Assembly (NCBI GenBank): GCA_964016885.1
Contig: OZ024744.1
Coordinates: 116,126,001 to 116,190,000 of the forward strand
From: Eledone cirrhosa
Lineage: Eukaryota
Direction of reading: 5' to 3'
DNA length: 64,000 nt
The notes below the pieces were generated by a model. It searched no databases, was not told where the DNA came from, and saw nothing but the letters and a program-made list of their open reading frames with translations. This document shows positions 44,701 to 59,870 of the stretch, piece after piece. The position numbers and the translations under genes are program-made. Position 1 is the stretch's first letter; the number at the start of each line of letters is the position of its first letter.

Positions 44701-47700
44701 TCTTATCTCTCTCTCTCTATATATATATAATGTCTCTCATATCTTGTCTCTGTCTCTCTCTATATATATAATGTCTCTCATATCTTGTCTCTCTCTCTAT
44801 ATGTATATAATGAGAACTCATATCTTGTCTCTCTCTCTCTCTATATATAATGTCTCTCATATCTTGTCTCTCTCTCTATATATATATAATGTCTCTCATA
44901 TCTTGTCTCTCTCTCTCTATATATATAATGTCTCTCATATCTTATCTCTCTCTCTATATATATATAATGTCTCTCATATCTTGTCTCTCTCTCTCTCTCT
45001 ATATATAATGTCTCTCATATCTTGTCTCTCTCTCTATATGTATATAATGTCTCTCATATCTTGTCCCTCTCTCTCTGTATATAATGTCTCTCATATCTTG
45101 TCTCTCTCTCTCTATATATATATAATGTCACTCATATCTTGTCTCTCTCTCTATATATGTAATGTGTCTCATGACTTGTCTCTCTCTCTATATATATAAT
45201 GTCTCTCATATCTTGTCTCTCTCTCTATATATATATAATGTCTCTCATATCTTGTCTCTCTCTCTCTATATATATAATGTCTCTCATATCTTGTCCCTCT
45301 CTCTCTATATATATAATGTCTCTCATATCTTGTCTCTCTCTCTATATATATAATGTCTTTCATATCTTGTCTCTCTCTCTCTATATATATAATGTCACTC
45401 ATATCTTGTCTCTCTCTCTATATATATATAATGTCTCTCATATCTTGTCTCTCTCTCTCTCTATATATATAATGTCTCTCATATCTTGTCTCTCTCTCTA
45501 TATATATAATGTCTCTCATATCTTGTCTCTCTCTCTCTATATATAATGTCTCTCATATCTTGTCTCTCTCTCTATTTATATAATGTCTCTCATATCTTGT
45601 CTCTCTCTCTCTCTATATATATATATAATGTCTCTCATATCTTGTCTCTCTCTCTATATATATAATGTCTCTCATATCATGTCTCTCTCTCTATATATAT
45701 AATGTCTCTCATATCTTGTCTCTCTCTCTTATATATATAATGTCTCTCATATCTTGTCTCTCTCTCTATATATATATATAATGTCTCTCATATCTTGTCT
45801 CTCTCTCTATATATATAATGTCTCTCATATCTTGTCTCTCTCTCTATATATATAATGTCTCTCATATCTTGTCTCTCTCTCTATATATATATATAATGTC
45901 TCTCATATCTTGTCTCTCTCTCTATATATATAATGTCTCTCATATCTTGTCTCTCTCTCTCTATATATATATAATGACACTCATATCTTGTCTCTCTCTC
46001 TATATATATAATGTCTCTCATATCTTGTTTCTCTCTCTCTATATATATAATGTCTCTCATATCTTGTCTCTCTCTCTCTATATATAATGTCTCTCATATC
46101 TTGTCTCTCTCTCTCTATATATATATAATGTCTCTCATGTCTTGTCTCTCTCTCTATATATATATATAATGTCTCTCATATCTTGTCTCTCTCTCTATTT
46201 ATATAATGTCTCTCATATCTTGTCTCTCTCTCTATATATATAATGTCTCTCATATCTTGTCTCTCTCTCTCTCTATATATAATGTCTCTCATATCTTGTC
46301 TCTCTCTATATATATAATGTCTCTCATATCTTGTCCTTCTCTCTCTATATATATAATGTCTCTCATATCTTGTCTCTCTCTCTCTATATATAATGTCTCT
46401 CATATGTTGTCTCTCTCTCTATATATATATAATGTCTCTCATATCTTGTCTCTCTCTCTCTATATATATAATGTCACTCATATCTTGTCTCTCTCTATAT
46501 ATATATATAATGTCTCTCATATCTTGTCTCTCTCTCTATATATATATAATGTCTCTCATATCTTGTCTCTCTCTATATATATATAATGTCTCTCATATCT
46601 TGTCTCTCTCTCTCTATATATAATGTCTCTCATATCTTGTCTCTCTCTCTATATATATATAATGTCTCTCATATCTTGTCTCTCTCTATATATATATAAT
46701 GTCTCTCATATCTTGTCTCTCTCTCTCTATATATAATGTCTCTCATATCTTGTCTCTCTCTCTATTTATATAATGTCTCTCATATCTTGTCTCTCTCTCT
46801 ATATATATATATATAATGTCTCTCATATCTTGTCTCTCTCTCTATATATATAATGTCTCTCATATCATGTCTCTCTCTCTATATATAATGTCTCTCATAT
46901 CTTGTGTCTCTCTCTATATATATAATATCTCTCATATCTTGTCTCTCTCTCTCTATATATATATAATGTCTCTCATATCTTGTCTCTCTCTCTATATATA
47001 ATGTCTATAATATCTTGTCTCTCTCTCTATATATATAATGTCTCTCATATCTTGTCTCTCTCTCTATATATATATAATGTCACTCATATCTTGTCTCTCT
47101 CTCTATATATATAATGTCTCTCATATCTTGTTTCTCTCTCTCTCTATATATATATATAATGTCTCTCATATCTTGTCTCTCTCTCTATATATATAATGTC
47201 TCTCATATCTTGTCTCTCTCTATATATATATATATATAATGTCTCTCATATCTTGTCTCTCTCTCTCTCTCTATATATAATGTCTCTCATATCTTGTCTC
47301 TCTCTCTATTTATATAATGTCTCTCATATCTTGTCTCTCTCTCTCTATATATATAATGTCTCTCATATCTTGTCTCTCTCTCTATATATATATAATGTCT
47401 CTCATATCTTGTCTCTCTCTCTATATATATATAATGTCTCTCATATCTTGTCTCTCTCTCTATATATATATAATGTCTCTCATATCTTGTCTCTCTCTCT
47501 ATATATATAATGTCTCTCATATCTTGTCTCTCTCTCTCTATTTATATAATGTCTCTCATATCTTGTCTCTCTCTATATATATAATGTCTCTCATATCTTG
47601 TCCTTCTCTCTCTCTATATATAATGTCTCTCATATCTTGTCTCTCTCTCTCTATATATAATGTCTCTCATATCTTGTCTCTCTCTCTCTATATATATAAT

Positions 47701-50700
47701 GTCTCTCATATCTTGTCTCTCTCTCTCTATATATATAATGTCACTCATATCTTGTCTCTCTCTATATATATATATAATGTCTCTCATATCTTGTCTCTCT
47801 CTCTATATACATATAATGTCTCTCATATCTTGTCTCTCTCTATATATATATAATGTCTCTCATATCTTGTCTCTCTCTCTCTATATATAATGTCTCTCAT
47901 ATCTTGTCTCTCTCTCTATTTATATAATGTCTCTCATATCGTGTCTCTCTCTCTATATATAATGTCTGTCTCTCATATCTTGTGTCTCTCTCTCTCTATA
48001 TATATATAATGTCTCTCATATCTTGTCTCTCTCTCTATATATATAATGTCTCTCATATCTTGTCTCTCTCTCTCTATATATATAATGTCTCTCATATCTT
48101 GTCTCTCTCTCTATATATATAATGTCTCTCATATCTTGTATCTCTCTCTATATATATAATGTCTCACATATCTTGTCTCTCTCTATATATATATAATGTC
48201 TCTCATATCTTGTCTCTCTCTATATATATAATGTCTCTCATATCTTGTCTCTCTCTCTATATATATAATGTCTCTCATATCTTGTCTCTCTCTCTCTATA
48301 TATATAATGTCTCTCATATCTTGTCTCTCTGTCTCTCTCTATATATAATGTCTCTCATATCTTGTCTCTCTCTCTATATATATATAAAGTCTCTCATATC
48401 TTGTCTCTCTCTATATATACAATGTCTCTCATATCTTGTCTCTCTCTCTATATATATATATAATGTCTCTCATATCTTGTCTCTCTCTCTATATATATAT
48501 AATGTCTCTCATATCTTGTCTCTCTCTCTATATATATAATGTCTCTCATATCTTATCTCTCTCTCTCTCTATATATAATGTCTCTCATATCTTGTCTCTC
48601 TCTCTATATATATATATAATGTCTCTCATATCTTGTCTCTCTCTCTATATGTATATAATGTCTCTCATATCTTGTCCCTCTCTCTCTCTCTATATATAAT
48701 GTCTCTCATATCTTATCTCTCTCTCTCTCTATATATATAATGTCTCTCATATCTTGTCTCTGTCTCTCTCTATATATATAATGTCTCTCATATCTTGTCT
48801 CTCTCTCTATATATATAATGTCTCTCATATCTTGTCTCTCTCTCTATATGTATATAATGAGAACTCATATCTTGTCTCTCTCTCTCTATATATATAATGT
48901 CTCTCATATCTTGTCTCTCTCTCTATATATATATAATGTCTCTCATATCTTGTCTCTCTCTCTATATATATATAATGTCTCTCATATCTTATCTCTCTCT
49001 CTATATATATAATGTCTCTCATATCTTGTCTCTCTCTCTCTATATATATATAATGTCTCTCATATCTTGTCTCTCTCTCTATATGTATATAATGTCTCTC
49101 ATATCTTGTCCCTCTCTCTCTGTATATAATGTCTCTCATATCTTGTCTCTCTCTCTATATATATAATGTCTCTCATGTATTGTCTCTCTCTCTCTATATA
49201 TATAATGTCTCTCATATCTTGTCTCTCTCTCTATATATATATATAATGTCACTCATATCTTGTCTCTCTCTCTATATATGTAATGTGTCTCATGACTTGT
49301 CTCTCTCTCTATATATATAATGTCTCTCATATCTTGTCTCTCTCTCTATATATATATAATGTCTCTCATATCTTGTCTCTCTCTCTCTATATATATAATG
49401 TCTCTCAAATCTTGTCCCTCTCTCTCTATATATATAATGTCTCTCATATATTGTCTCTCTCTCTCTATATATAATGTCTTTCATATCTTGTCTCTCTCTC
49501 TATATATATATAATGTCACTCATATCTTGTCTCTCTCTCTATATATATATAATGTCTCTCATATCTTGTCTCTCTCTCTCTATATATATAATGTCTCTCA
49601 TATCTTGTCTCTCTCTCTATATATATAATGTCTCTCATATCTTGTCTCTCTCTCTCTATATATAATGTCTCTCATATCTTGTCTCTCTCTCTATTTATAT
49701 AATGTCTCTCATATCTTGTCTCTCTCTCTCTATATATATATATAATGTCTCTCATATCTTGTCTCTCTCTCTATATATATAATGTCTCTCATATCATGTC
49801 TCTCTCTCTATATATATAATGTCTCTCATATCTTGTCTCTCTCTTTATATATATAATGTCTCTCATATCTTGTCTCTCTCTCTCTATATATATATATAAT
49901 GTCTCTCATATCTTGTCTCTCTCTCTATATATATAATGTCTCTCATATCTTGTCTCCATCTCTATATATATATATAATCTCTCTCATATCTTGTCTCTCT
50001 CTCTATATATATAATGTCTCTCATATCATGTCTCTCTCTCTATATATATAATGTCTCTCATATCTTGTCTCTCTCTTTATATATATAATGTCTCTCATAT
50101 CTTGTCTCTCTCTCTATATATATATATAATGTCTCTCATATCTTGTCTCTCTCTCTATATATATAATGTCTCTCATATCTTGTCTCTCTCTCTATATATA
50201 TATATAATGTCTCTCATATCTTGTCTCTCTCTCTATATATATAATGCCTCTCATATCTTGTCTCTCTCTCTCTCTATATATAATGTCACTCATATCTTGT
50301 CTCTCTCTCTATATATATAATGTCTCTCATATCTTGTTTCTCTCTCTATATATATATAATGTCTCTCATATCTTGTCTCTCTCTCTATATATATAATGTC
50401 TCTCATATCTTGTCTCTCTCTCTCTATATATATATATAATGTCTCTCATGTCTTGTCTCTCTCTCTATATATATATATAATGTCTCTCATATCTTGTCTC
50501 TCTCTCTATTTATATAATGTCTCTCATATCTTGTCTCTCTCTCTATATATATAATGTCTCTCATATCTTGTCTCTGTCTCTCTATATATATAATGTCTCT
50601 CATATCTTGTCTCTCTCTATATATATAATGTCTCTCATATCTTGTCCTTCTCTCTCTATATATATAATGTCTCTCATATCTTGTCTCTCTCTCTCTATAT

Positions 50701-53700
50701 ATAATGTCTCTCATATCTTGTCTCTCTCTCTATATATATATAATGTCTCTCATATCTTGTCTCTCTCTCTATATATATATAATGTCTCTCATATCTTGTC
50801 TCTCTCTCTATATATATATAATGTCTCTCATATCTTGTCTCTCTCTATATATATATAATGTCTCTCATATCTTGTCTCTCTCTCTCTATATATAATGTCT
50901 CTCATATCTTGTCTCTCTCTCTATTTATATAATGTCTCTCATATCTTGTCTCTCTCTCTCTATATATATATATAATGTCTCTCATATCTTGTCTCTCTCT
51001 CTATATATATAATGTCTCTCATATCATGTCTCTCTCTCTATATATAATGTCTCTCATATCTTGTCTCTCTCTCTATATATATAATGTCTCTCATATCTTG
51101 TCTCTCTCTCTCTATATATATATAATGTCTCTCATATCTTGTCTCTCTCTCTATATATAATGTCTATAATATCTTGTCTCTCTCTCTATATATATAATGT
51201 CTCTCATATCTTGTCTCTCTCTCTCTATATATATAATGTCACTCATATCTTGTCTCTCTCTCTATATATATAATGTCTCTCATATCTTGTTTCTCTCTCT
51301 CTCTCTATATATATATAATGTCTCTCATATCTTGTCTCTCTCTCTCTATATATAATGTCTCTCATATCTTGTCTCTCTCTCTATATATATATATATAATG
51401 TCTCTCATATCTTGTCTCTCTCTCTCTCTATATATATAATGTCTCTCATATCTTGTCTCTCTCTCTATTTATATAATGTCTCTCATATCTTGTCTCTCTC
51501 TCTATATATATATAATGTCTCTCATATCTTGTCTCTCTCTCTCTATATATATAATGTCTCTCATATCTTGTCTCTCTCTCTCTCTATATATAATGTCTCT
51601 CATATCTTGTCTCTCTCTCTATATATATATAATGTCTCTCATATCTTGTCTCTCTCTCTATATATATAATGTCTCTCATATCTTGTCTCTCTCTCTCTAT
51701 ATATATAATGTCTCTCATATCTTGTCTCTCTCTCTCTCTATATATAAAATGTCTCTCATATCTTGTCTCTCTCTCTATATATATATAATGTCTCTCATAT
51801 CTTGTCTCTCTCTCTATATATATAATGTCTCTCATATCTTATCTCTCTCTCTATATATATAATGTCTCTCATATCTTGTCTCTCTCTCTCTATATATATA
51901 TAATGTCTCTCATATCTTGTCTCTCTCTCTTTATATATATAATGTCTCTCATATCTTGTCTCTCTCTCTATATATATATATAATGTCTCTCATATCTTGT
52001 CTCTCTCTCTATATATATAATGTCTCTCATATCTTGTCTCTCTCTCTATATATATATATAATGTCTCTCATATCTTGTCTCTCTCTCTATATATATAATG
52101 TCTCTCATATCTTGTCTCTCTCTCTCTATATATAATGTCACTCATATCTTGTCTCTCTCTCTATATATATAATGTCTCTCATATCTTGTTCTCTCTCTCT
52201 ATATATATAATGTCTCTCATATCTTGTCTCTCTCTATATATAATGTCTCTCATATCTTGTCTCTCTCTCTCTATATATATATAAATGTCTCTCATGTCTT
52301 GTCTCTCTCTCTATATATATATATAATGTCTCTCATATCTTGTCTCTCTCTCTATTTATATAATGTCTCTCATATCTTGTCTCTCTCTCTATATATATAA
52401 TGTCTCTCATATCTTGTCTCTGTCTCTCTATATATATAATGTCTCTCATATCTTGTCTCTCTCTATATATATAATGTCTCTCATATCTTGTCCTTCTCTC
52501 TCTATATATATAATGTCTCTCATATCTTGTCTCTCTCTCTCTATATATAATGTCTCTCATATCTTGTCTCTCTCTCTATATATATATAATGTCTCTCATA
52601 TCTTGTCTCTCTCTCTCTATATATATAATGTCACTCATATCTTGTCTCTCTCTCTATATATATATAATGTCTCTCATATCTTGTCTCTCTCTCTATATAT
52701 ATATAATGTCTCTCATATCTTGTCTCTCTCTATATATATATAATGTCTCTCATATCTTGTCTCTCTCTCTCTATATATAATGTCTCTCATATCTTGTCTC
52801 TCTCTCTATTTATATAATGTCTCTCATATCTTGTCTCTCTCTCTATATATATATATAATGTCTCTCATATCTTGTCTCTCTCTCTATATATATAATGTCT
52901 CTCATATCATGTCTCTCTCTCTATATATAATGTCTCTCATATCTTGTCTCTCTCTCTATATATATAATGTCTCTCATATCTTGTCTCTCTCTCTATATAT
53001 ATATATAATGTCTCTCATATCTTGTCTCTCTCTCTATATATAATGTCTATAATATCTTGTCTCTCTCTCTATATATATAATGTCTCTCATATCTTGTCTC
53101 TCTCTCTCTATATATATAATGTCACTCATATCTTGTCTCTCTCTCTATATATATAATATCTCTCATATCTTGTTTCTCTCTCTCTCTATATATATATATA
53201 ATGTCTCTCATATCTTGTCTCTCTCTCTCTATATATAATGTCTCTCATATCTTGTCTCTCTCTCTATATATATATATATAATGTCTCTCATATCTTGTCT
53301 CTCTCTCTCTCTATATATATAATGTCTCTCATATCTTGTCTCTCTCTCTATTTATATAATGTCTCTCATATCTTGTCTCTCTCTCTATATATATATAATG
53401 TCTCTCATATCTTGTCTCTCTCTCTCTATATATATAATGTCTCTCATATCTTGTCTCTCTCTCTCTCTATATATAATGTCTCTCATATCTTGTCTCTCTC
53501 TCTATATATATATAATGTCTCTCATATCTTGTCTCTCTCTCTATATATATAATGTCTCTCATATCTTGTCTCTCTCTCTCTATATATATAATGTCTCTCA
53601 TATCTTGTCTCTCTCTCTCTATATATATATAATGTCTCTCATATCTTGTCTCTCTCTCTATATATATATAATGTCTCTCATATCTTGTCTCTCTCTCTAT

Positions 53701-56700
53701 ATATATAATGTGTCTCATATCTTATCTCTCTCTCTATATATATAATGTCTCTCATATCTTGTCTCTCTCTCTCTATATATATATAATGTCTCTCATAACT
53801 TGTCTCTCTCTCTATATGTATATAATGTCTCTCATATCTTGTCCCTCTCTCTCTCTATATATATAATGTCTCTCATATCTTATCTCTCTCTCTCTATATA
53901 TATATAATGTCTCTCATATCTTGTCTCTGTCTCTCTCTATATATATAATGTCTCTCATATCTTGTCTCTCTCTCTATATGTATATAATGAGAACTCATAT
54001 CTTGTCTCTCTCTCTCTATATATATAATGTCTCTCATATCTTGTCTCTCTCTCTATATATATATAATGTCTCTCATATCTTGTCTCTCTCTCTCTATATA
54101 TATAATGTCTCTCATATCTTATCTCTCTCTCTATATATATAATGTCTCTCATATCTTGTCTCTCTCTCTCTCTATATATATAATGTCTCTCATATCTTGT
54201 CTCTCTCTCTATATGTATATAATGTCTCTCATATCTTGTCCCTCTCTCTCTGTATATAATGTCTCTCATATCTTGTCTCTCTCTCTCTATATATATATAA
54301 TGTCACTCATATCTTGTCTCTCTCTCTATATATGTAATGTGTCTCATGACTTGTCTCTCTCTCTATATATATAATGTCTCTCATATCTTGTCTCTCTCTC
54401 TATATATATATAATGTCTCTCATATCTTGTCTCTCTCTCTCTATATATATAATGTCTCTCATATCTTGTCCCTCTCTCTCTATATATATAATGTCTCTCA
54501 TATCTTGTCTCTCTCTCTATATATATAATGTCTTTCATATCTTGTCTCTCTCTCTCTATATATATAATGTCACTCATATCTTGTCTCTCTCTCTATATAT
54601 ATATAATGTCTCTCATATCTTGTCTCTCTCTCTCTATATATATATAATGTCTCTCATATCTTGTCTCTCTCTCTATATATATAATGTCTCTCATATCTTG
54701 TCTCTCTCTCTCTATATATAATGTCTCTCATATCTTGTCTCTCTCTCTATTTATATAATGTCTCTCATATCTTGTCTCTCTCTCTCTCTATATATATATA
54801 TAATGTCTCTCATATCTTGTCTCTCTCTCTATATATATAATGTCTCTCATATCATGTCTCTCTCTCTATATATATAATGTCTCTCATATCTTGTCTCTCT
54901 CTTTATATATATAATGTCTCTCATATCTTGTCTCTCTCTCTATATATATATATAATGTCTCTCATATCTTGTCTCTCTCTCTATATATATAATGTCTCTC
55001 ATATCTTGTCTCTCTCTCTATATATATAATGTCTCTCATATCTTGTCTCTCTCTCTATATATATATATAATGTCTCTCATATCTTGTCTCTCTCTCTATA
55101 TATATAATGTCTCTCATATCTTGTCTCTCTCTCTATATATATATAATGACACTCATATCTTGTCTCTCTCTCTATATATATAATGTCTCTCATATCTTGT
55201 TTCTCTCTCTCTATATATATAATGTCTCTCATATCTTGTCTCTCTCTCTCTATATATAATGTCTCTCATATCTTGTCTCTCTCTCTCTATATATATATAA
55301 TGTCTCTCATGTCTTGTCTCTCTCTCTATATATATATATAATGTCTCTCATATCTTGTCTCTCTCTCTATTTATATAATGTCTCTCATATCTTGTCTCTC
55401 TCTCTATATATATAATGTCTCTCATATCTTGTCTCTCTCTCTCTCTATATATAATGTCTCTCATATCTTGTCTCTCTCTATATATATAATGTCTCTCATA
55501 TCTTGTCCTTCTCTCTCTATATATATAATGTCTCTCATATCTTGTCTCTCTCTCTCTATATATAATGTCTCTCATATGTTGTCTCTCTCTCTCTATATAT
55601 ATAATGTCTCTCATATCTTGTCTCTCTCTCTCTATATATATAATGTCACTCATATCTTGTCTCTCTCTATATATATATATAATGTCTCTCATATCTTGTC
55701 TCTCTCTCTATATATATATAATGTCTCTCATATCTTGTCTCTCTCTATATATATATAATGTCTCTCATATCTTGTCTCTCTCTCTCTATATATAATGTCT
55801 CTCATATCTTGTCTCTCTCTCTATTTATATAATGTCTCTCATATCTTGTCTCTCTCTCTATATATATATATATAATGTCTCTCATATCTTGTCTCTCTCT
55901 CTATATATATAATGTCTCTCATATCATGTCTCTCTCTCTATATATAATGTCTCTCATATCTTGTCTCTCTCTCTATATATATAATGTCTCTCATATCTTG
56001 TCTCTCTCTCTCTATATATATATAATGTCTCTCATATCTTGTCTCTCTCTATATATATAATGTCTATAATATCTTGTCTCTCTCTCTATATATATAATGT
56101 CTCTCATATCTTGTCTCTCTCTCTCTATATATATAATGTCACTCATATCTTGTCTCTCTCTCTATATATATAATGTCTCTCATATCTTGTTTCTCTCTCT
56201 CTCTCTCTATATATATAATGTCTCTCATATCTTGTCTCTCTCTCTCTATATATAATGTCTCTCATATCTTGTCTCTCTCTCTATATATATATATATAATG
56301 TCTCTCATATCTTGTCTCTCTCTCTCTCTATATATATAATGTCTCTCATATCTTGTCTCTCTCTCTATTTATATAATGTCTCTCATATCTTGTCTCTCTC
56401 TCTCTATATATATAATGTCTCTCATATCTTGTCTCTCTCTCTATATATATATAATGTCTCTCATATCTTGTCTCTCTCTCTATATATATATAATGTCTCT
56501 CATATCTTGTCTCTCTCTCTATATATATATAATGTCTCTCATATCTTGTCTCTCTCTCTATATATATAATGTCTCTCATATCTTGTCTCTCTCTCTCTAT
56601 ATATATAATGTCTCTCATATCTTGTCTCTCTCTATATATATAATGTCTCTCATATCTTGTCCTTCTCTCTCTATATATATAATGTCTCTCATATCTTGTC

Positions 56701-57000
56701 TCTCTCTCTCTATATATAATGTCTCTCATATCTTGTCTCTCTCTCTATATATATATAATGTCTCTCATATCTTGTCTCTCTCTCTCTATATATATAATGT
56801 CACTCATATCTTGTCTCTCTCTATATATATATATAATGTCTCTCATATCTTGTCTCTCTCTCTCTATATATATATAATGTCTCTCATATCTTGTCTCTCT
56901 CTATATATATATAATGTCTCTCATATCTTGTCTCTCTCTCTCTATATATAATGTCTCTCATATCTTGTCTCTCTCTCTATTTATATAATGTCTCTCATAT
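38750..57000 (+). repeat. Tandem higher-order duplication, period ~9.18 kb (2 copies), with internal sub-repeats
   Basis: ATCGTG..AATGTCTGTCTC ~38760/47938; TGAGAACTC 39676/48858 and 44811/53988; GTCTCCATC ~40772/49952. Confidence 0.88.
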
Positions 57001-59358
57001 CTTGTCTCTCTCTCTCTCTATATATATATAATGTCTCTCATATCTTGTCTCTCTCTCTCTATATATATAATGTCTCTCATATCATGTCTCTCTCTCTATA
57101 TATAATGTCTCTCATATCTTGTCTCTCTCTCTATATATATAATGTCTCTCATATCTTGTCTCTCTCTCTCTATATATATATAATGTCTCTCATATCTTGT
57201 CTCTCTCTCTATATATAATGTCTATAATATCTTGTCTCTCTCTCTATATATATAATGTCTCTCATATCTTGTCTCTCTCTCTCTATATATATAATGTCAC
57301 TCATATCTTGTCTCTCTCTCTATATATATAATGTCTCTCATATCTTGTTTCTCTCTCTCTCTCTATATATATATAATGTCTCTCATATCTTGTCTCTCTC
57401 TCTATATATATAATGTCTCTCATATCTTGTCTCTCTCTCTATATATATATATATAATGTCTCTCATATCTTGTCTCTCTCTCTCTCTATATATATAATGT
57501 CTCTCATATCTTGTCTCTCTCTCTATTTATATAATGTCTCTCATATCTTGTCTCTCTCTCTATATATATATAATGTCTCTCATATCTTGTCTCTCTCTCT
57601 ATATATATATAATGTCTCTCATATCTTGTCTCTCTCTCTATATATATATAATGTCTCTCATATCTTGTCTCTCTCTCTATATATATATAATGTCTCTCAT
57701 ATCTTGTCTCTCTCTCTATATATATAATGTCTCTCATATCTTGTCTCTCTCTCTATATATATATAATGTCTCTCATATCTTGTCTCTCTCTCTCTCTATA
57801 TATAATGTCTCTCATATCTTGTTTCTCTCTCTCTATATATATATATAATGTCTCTCATATCTTGTCTCTCTCTCTATATATATAATGTCTCTCATATCTT
57901 GTCTCTCTCTATATATATATATAATGTCTCTCATATCTTGTCTCTCTCTCTATATATATATAATGTCTCTCATATCTTGTCTCTCTCTCTCTATATATAT
58001 ATAATGTCTCTCATATCTTGTATCTCTCTCTCTATATATATATAATGTCTCTCATGTCTTGTCTCTCTCTCTATATATATATAATGTCTCCCATATCTTG
58101 TCTCTCTCTCTATATATATATAATGTCTCTCATATCTTGTCTCTCTCTCTCTATATATAATGTCTCTCATATCTTGTCTCTCGCTCTATATATATAATGT
58201 CTCTCATATCTTGTCTCTCTCTCTATATATATAATGTCTCTCATTTCTTGTCTCTCTCTCTCTATATATATAATGTCTCTCATATCTTGTCTCTCTCTCT
58301 CTCTATATATATATATATAATGTCTCTCATATCTTGTCTCTCTCTCTCTATATATATATAATGTCTCTCATATCTTATCTCTCTCTCTATATATATAATG
58401 TCTCTCATATCTTGTCTCTCTCTCTATATATATATATAATGTCTCTCATATCTTGTCTCTCTCTCTATATGTATATAATGTCTCTCATATCTTGTCCCTC
58501 TCTCTCTGTATATAATGTCTCTCATATCTTGTCTCTCTCTCTATATATATAATGTCTCTCATGTCTTGTCTCTCTCTCTATATATATATAACGTCTCTCA
58601 TATCTTGTCTCTCTCTCTCTATATATATATAATGTCACTCATATCTTGTCTCTCTCTCTATATATGTAATGTCTCTCATGACTTGTCTCTCTCTCTATAT
58701 ATATAATGTCTCTCATATCTTGTCTCTCTCTCTCTATATATATAATGTCTCTCATATCTTGTCTCTCTCTCTCTATATATATAATGTCTCTCATATCTTG
58801 TCTCTCTCTCTCTATATATAATGTCTTTCATATCTTGTCTCTCTCTCTATATATATATAATGTCACTCATATCTTGTCTCTCTCTATATATATATATAAT
58901 GTCTCTCATATCTTGTCTCTCTCTCTATATATATATAATGTCTCTCATATCTTGTCTCTCTCTCTATATATATAATGTCTCTCATATCTTGTCTCTCTCT
59001 CTATATATATAATGTCTCTCATATCTTGTCTCTCTCTCTATTTATATAATGTCTCTCATATCTTGTCTCTCTCTCTCTCTATATATATATATAATGTCTC
59101 TCATATCTTGTCTCTCTCTATATATATATAATGTCTCTCATATCATGTCTCTCTCTCTATATATATATAATGTCTCTCATATCTTGTCTCTCTCTTTATA
59201 TATATAATGTCTCTCATATCTTGTCTCACTCTCTATATATATATATAATGTCTCTCATATCTTGTCTCTCTCTCTATATATATAATGTCTCTCATATCTT
59301 GTCTCTCTCTCTCTATATATATATAATGTCTCTCATATCTTGTCTCTCTCTCTATATC

Positions 59359-59413
59359 TGTTAGAACACGAAAAGTGTGAAACAACAGAATGTTCACTTT
59401 TCGTGTTCTAACA
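59359..59413. repeat. 5'-terminal hairpin: 19-bp perfect inverted repeat with 17-nt loop
   Basis: TGTTAGAACACGAAAAGTG (59359-59377) is the exact reverse complement of CACTTTTCGTGTTCTAACA (59395-59413). Confidence 0.95.
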
Positions 59414-59769
59414 TATATGCCTAGCTTCTTTAAAAATTTTTCGGGGATAGCCGTGGTGGTGGTGATCGTATGTCATTGGCTAATTTTCAACCAATCAGAG
59501 TACCTCTCTCTATATCTCTTCCACTGTTACTTACGCCTGTTTCTCTCTATCTGTTCCGTCTCTATATATATCTCTTACTCTTTCGCTTTGCACTCCTCCC
59601 CTTCAATACCATCTCTCCCCCTCTCTATATATTTGTTACTCTATTGCTGCACGCTCCTCTCCTTCAATATATCAATTACACACGCTTTACACTCCTTTAT
59701 CCCCAGCGCCCCTATATATACACCCCCACCTCTCCCGCATCTATATTTTAATGTACCGTTGCACCGTGA

Positions 59770-59870
59770 ATATATGTGTCTATATATATATACATATATA
59801 TTGTATATACACATTCATGTATGTGTATACACACTCATGTATGTATATACACTGGTTTTATGTGTGTATT
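59770..59870. repeat. Degenerate (TA)/(TG)/(CA) microsatellite tract
   Basis: Alternating purine-pyrimidine low-complexity sequence (TATATGTGTCTATATATATATACATATATA...GTATGTATACAC). Confidence 0.7.

Larger units (their letters stand above)
1..59356 (+). repeat. Tandem satellite array, ~37-41 bp monomer AATGTCTCTCATATCTTG(TC)n(TA)m, roughly 1,500 copies, open at the left window edge
   Basis: Read directly: uninterrupted head-to-tail monomers in one orientation, with an 18-bp conserved core plus a compound (TC)(TA) microsatellite. Monomer lengths are mostly 35/37/39/41/43 bp. Copy number estimated as length divided by ~38.5. Confidence 0.99.

Noticed and set aside
1-59356. CRISPR-like array (constant 18-bp repeat plus variable spacer)
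   Set aside because: The spacers are only (TC)n(TA)m rather than unique sequences, there are no cas genes or leader, and the context is eukaryotic.
16-59364. Hundreds of ORFs (MSLISCLSLYIY..., MRDIIYIERETRYERH...)
   Set aside because: They are translations of the satellite monomer. Frames shift with dinucleotide count, and there are no domains or signs of coding constraint.
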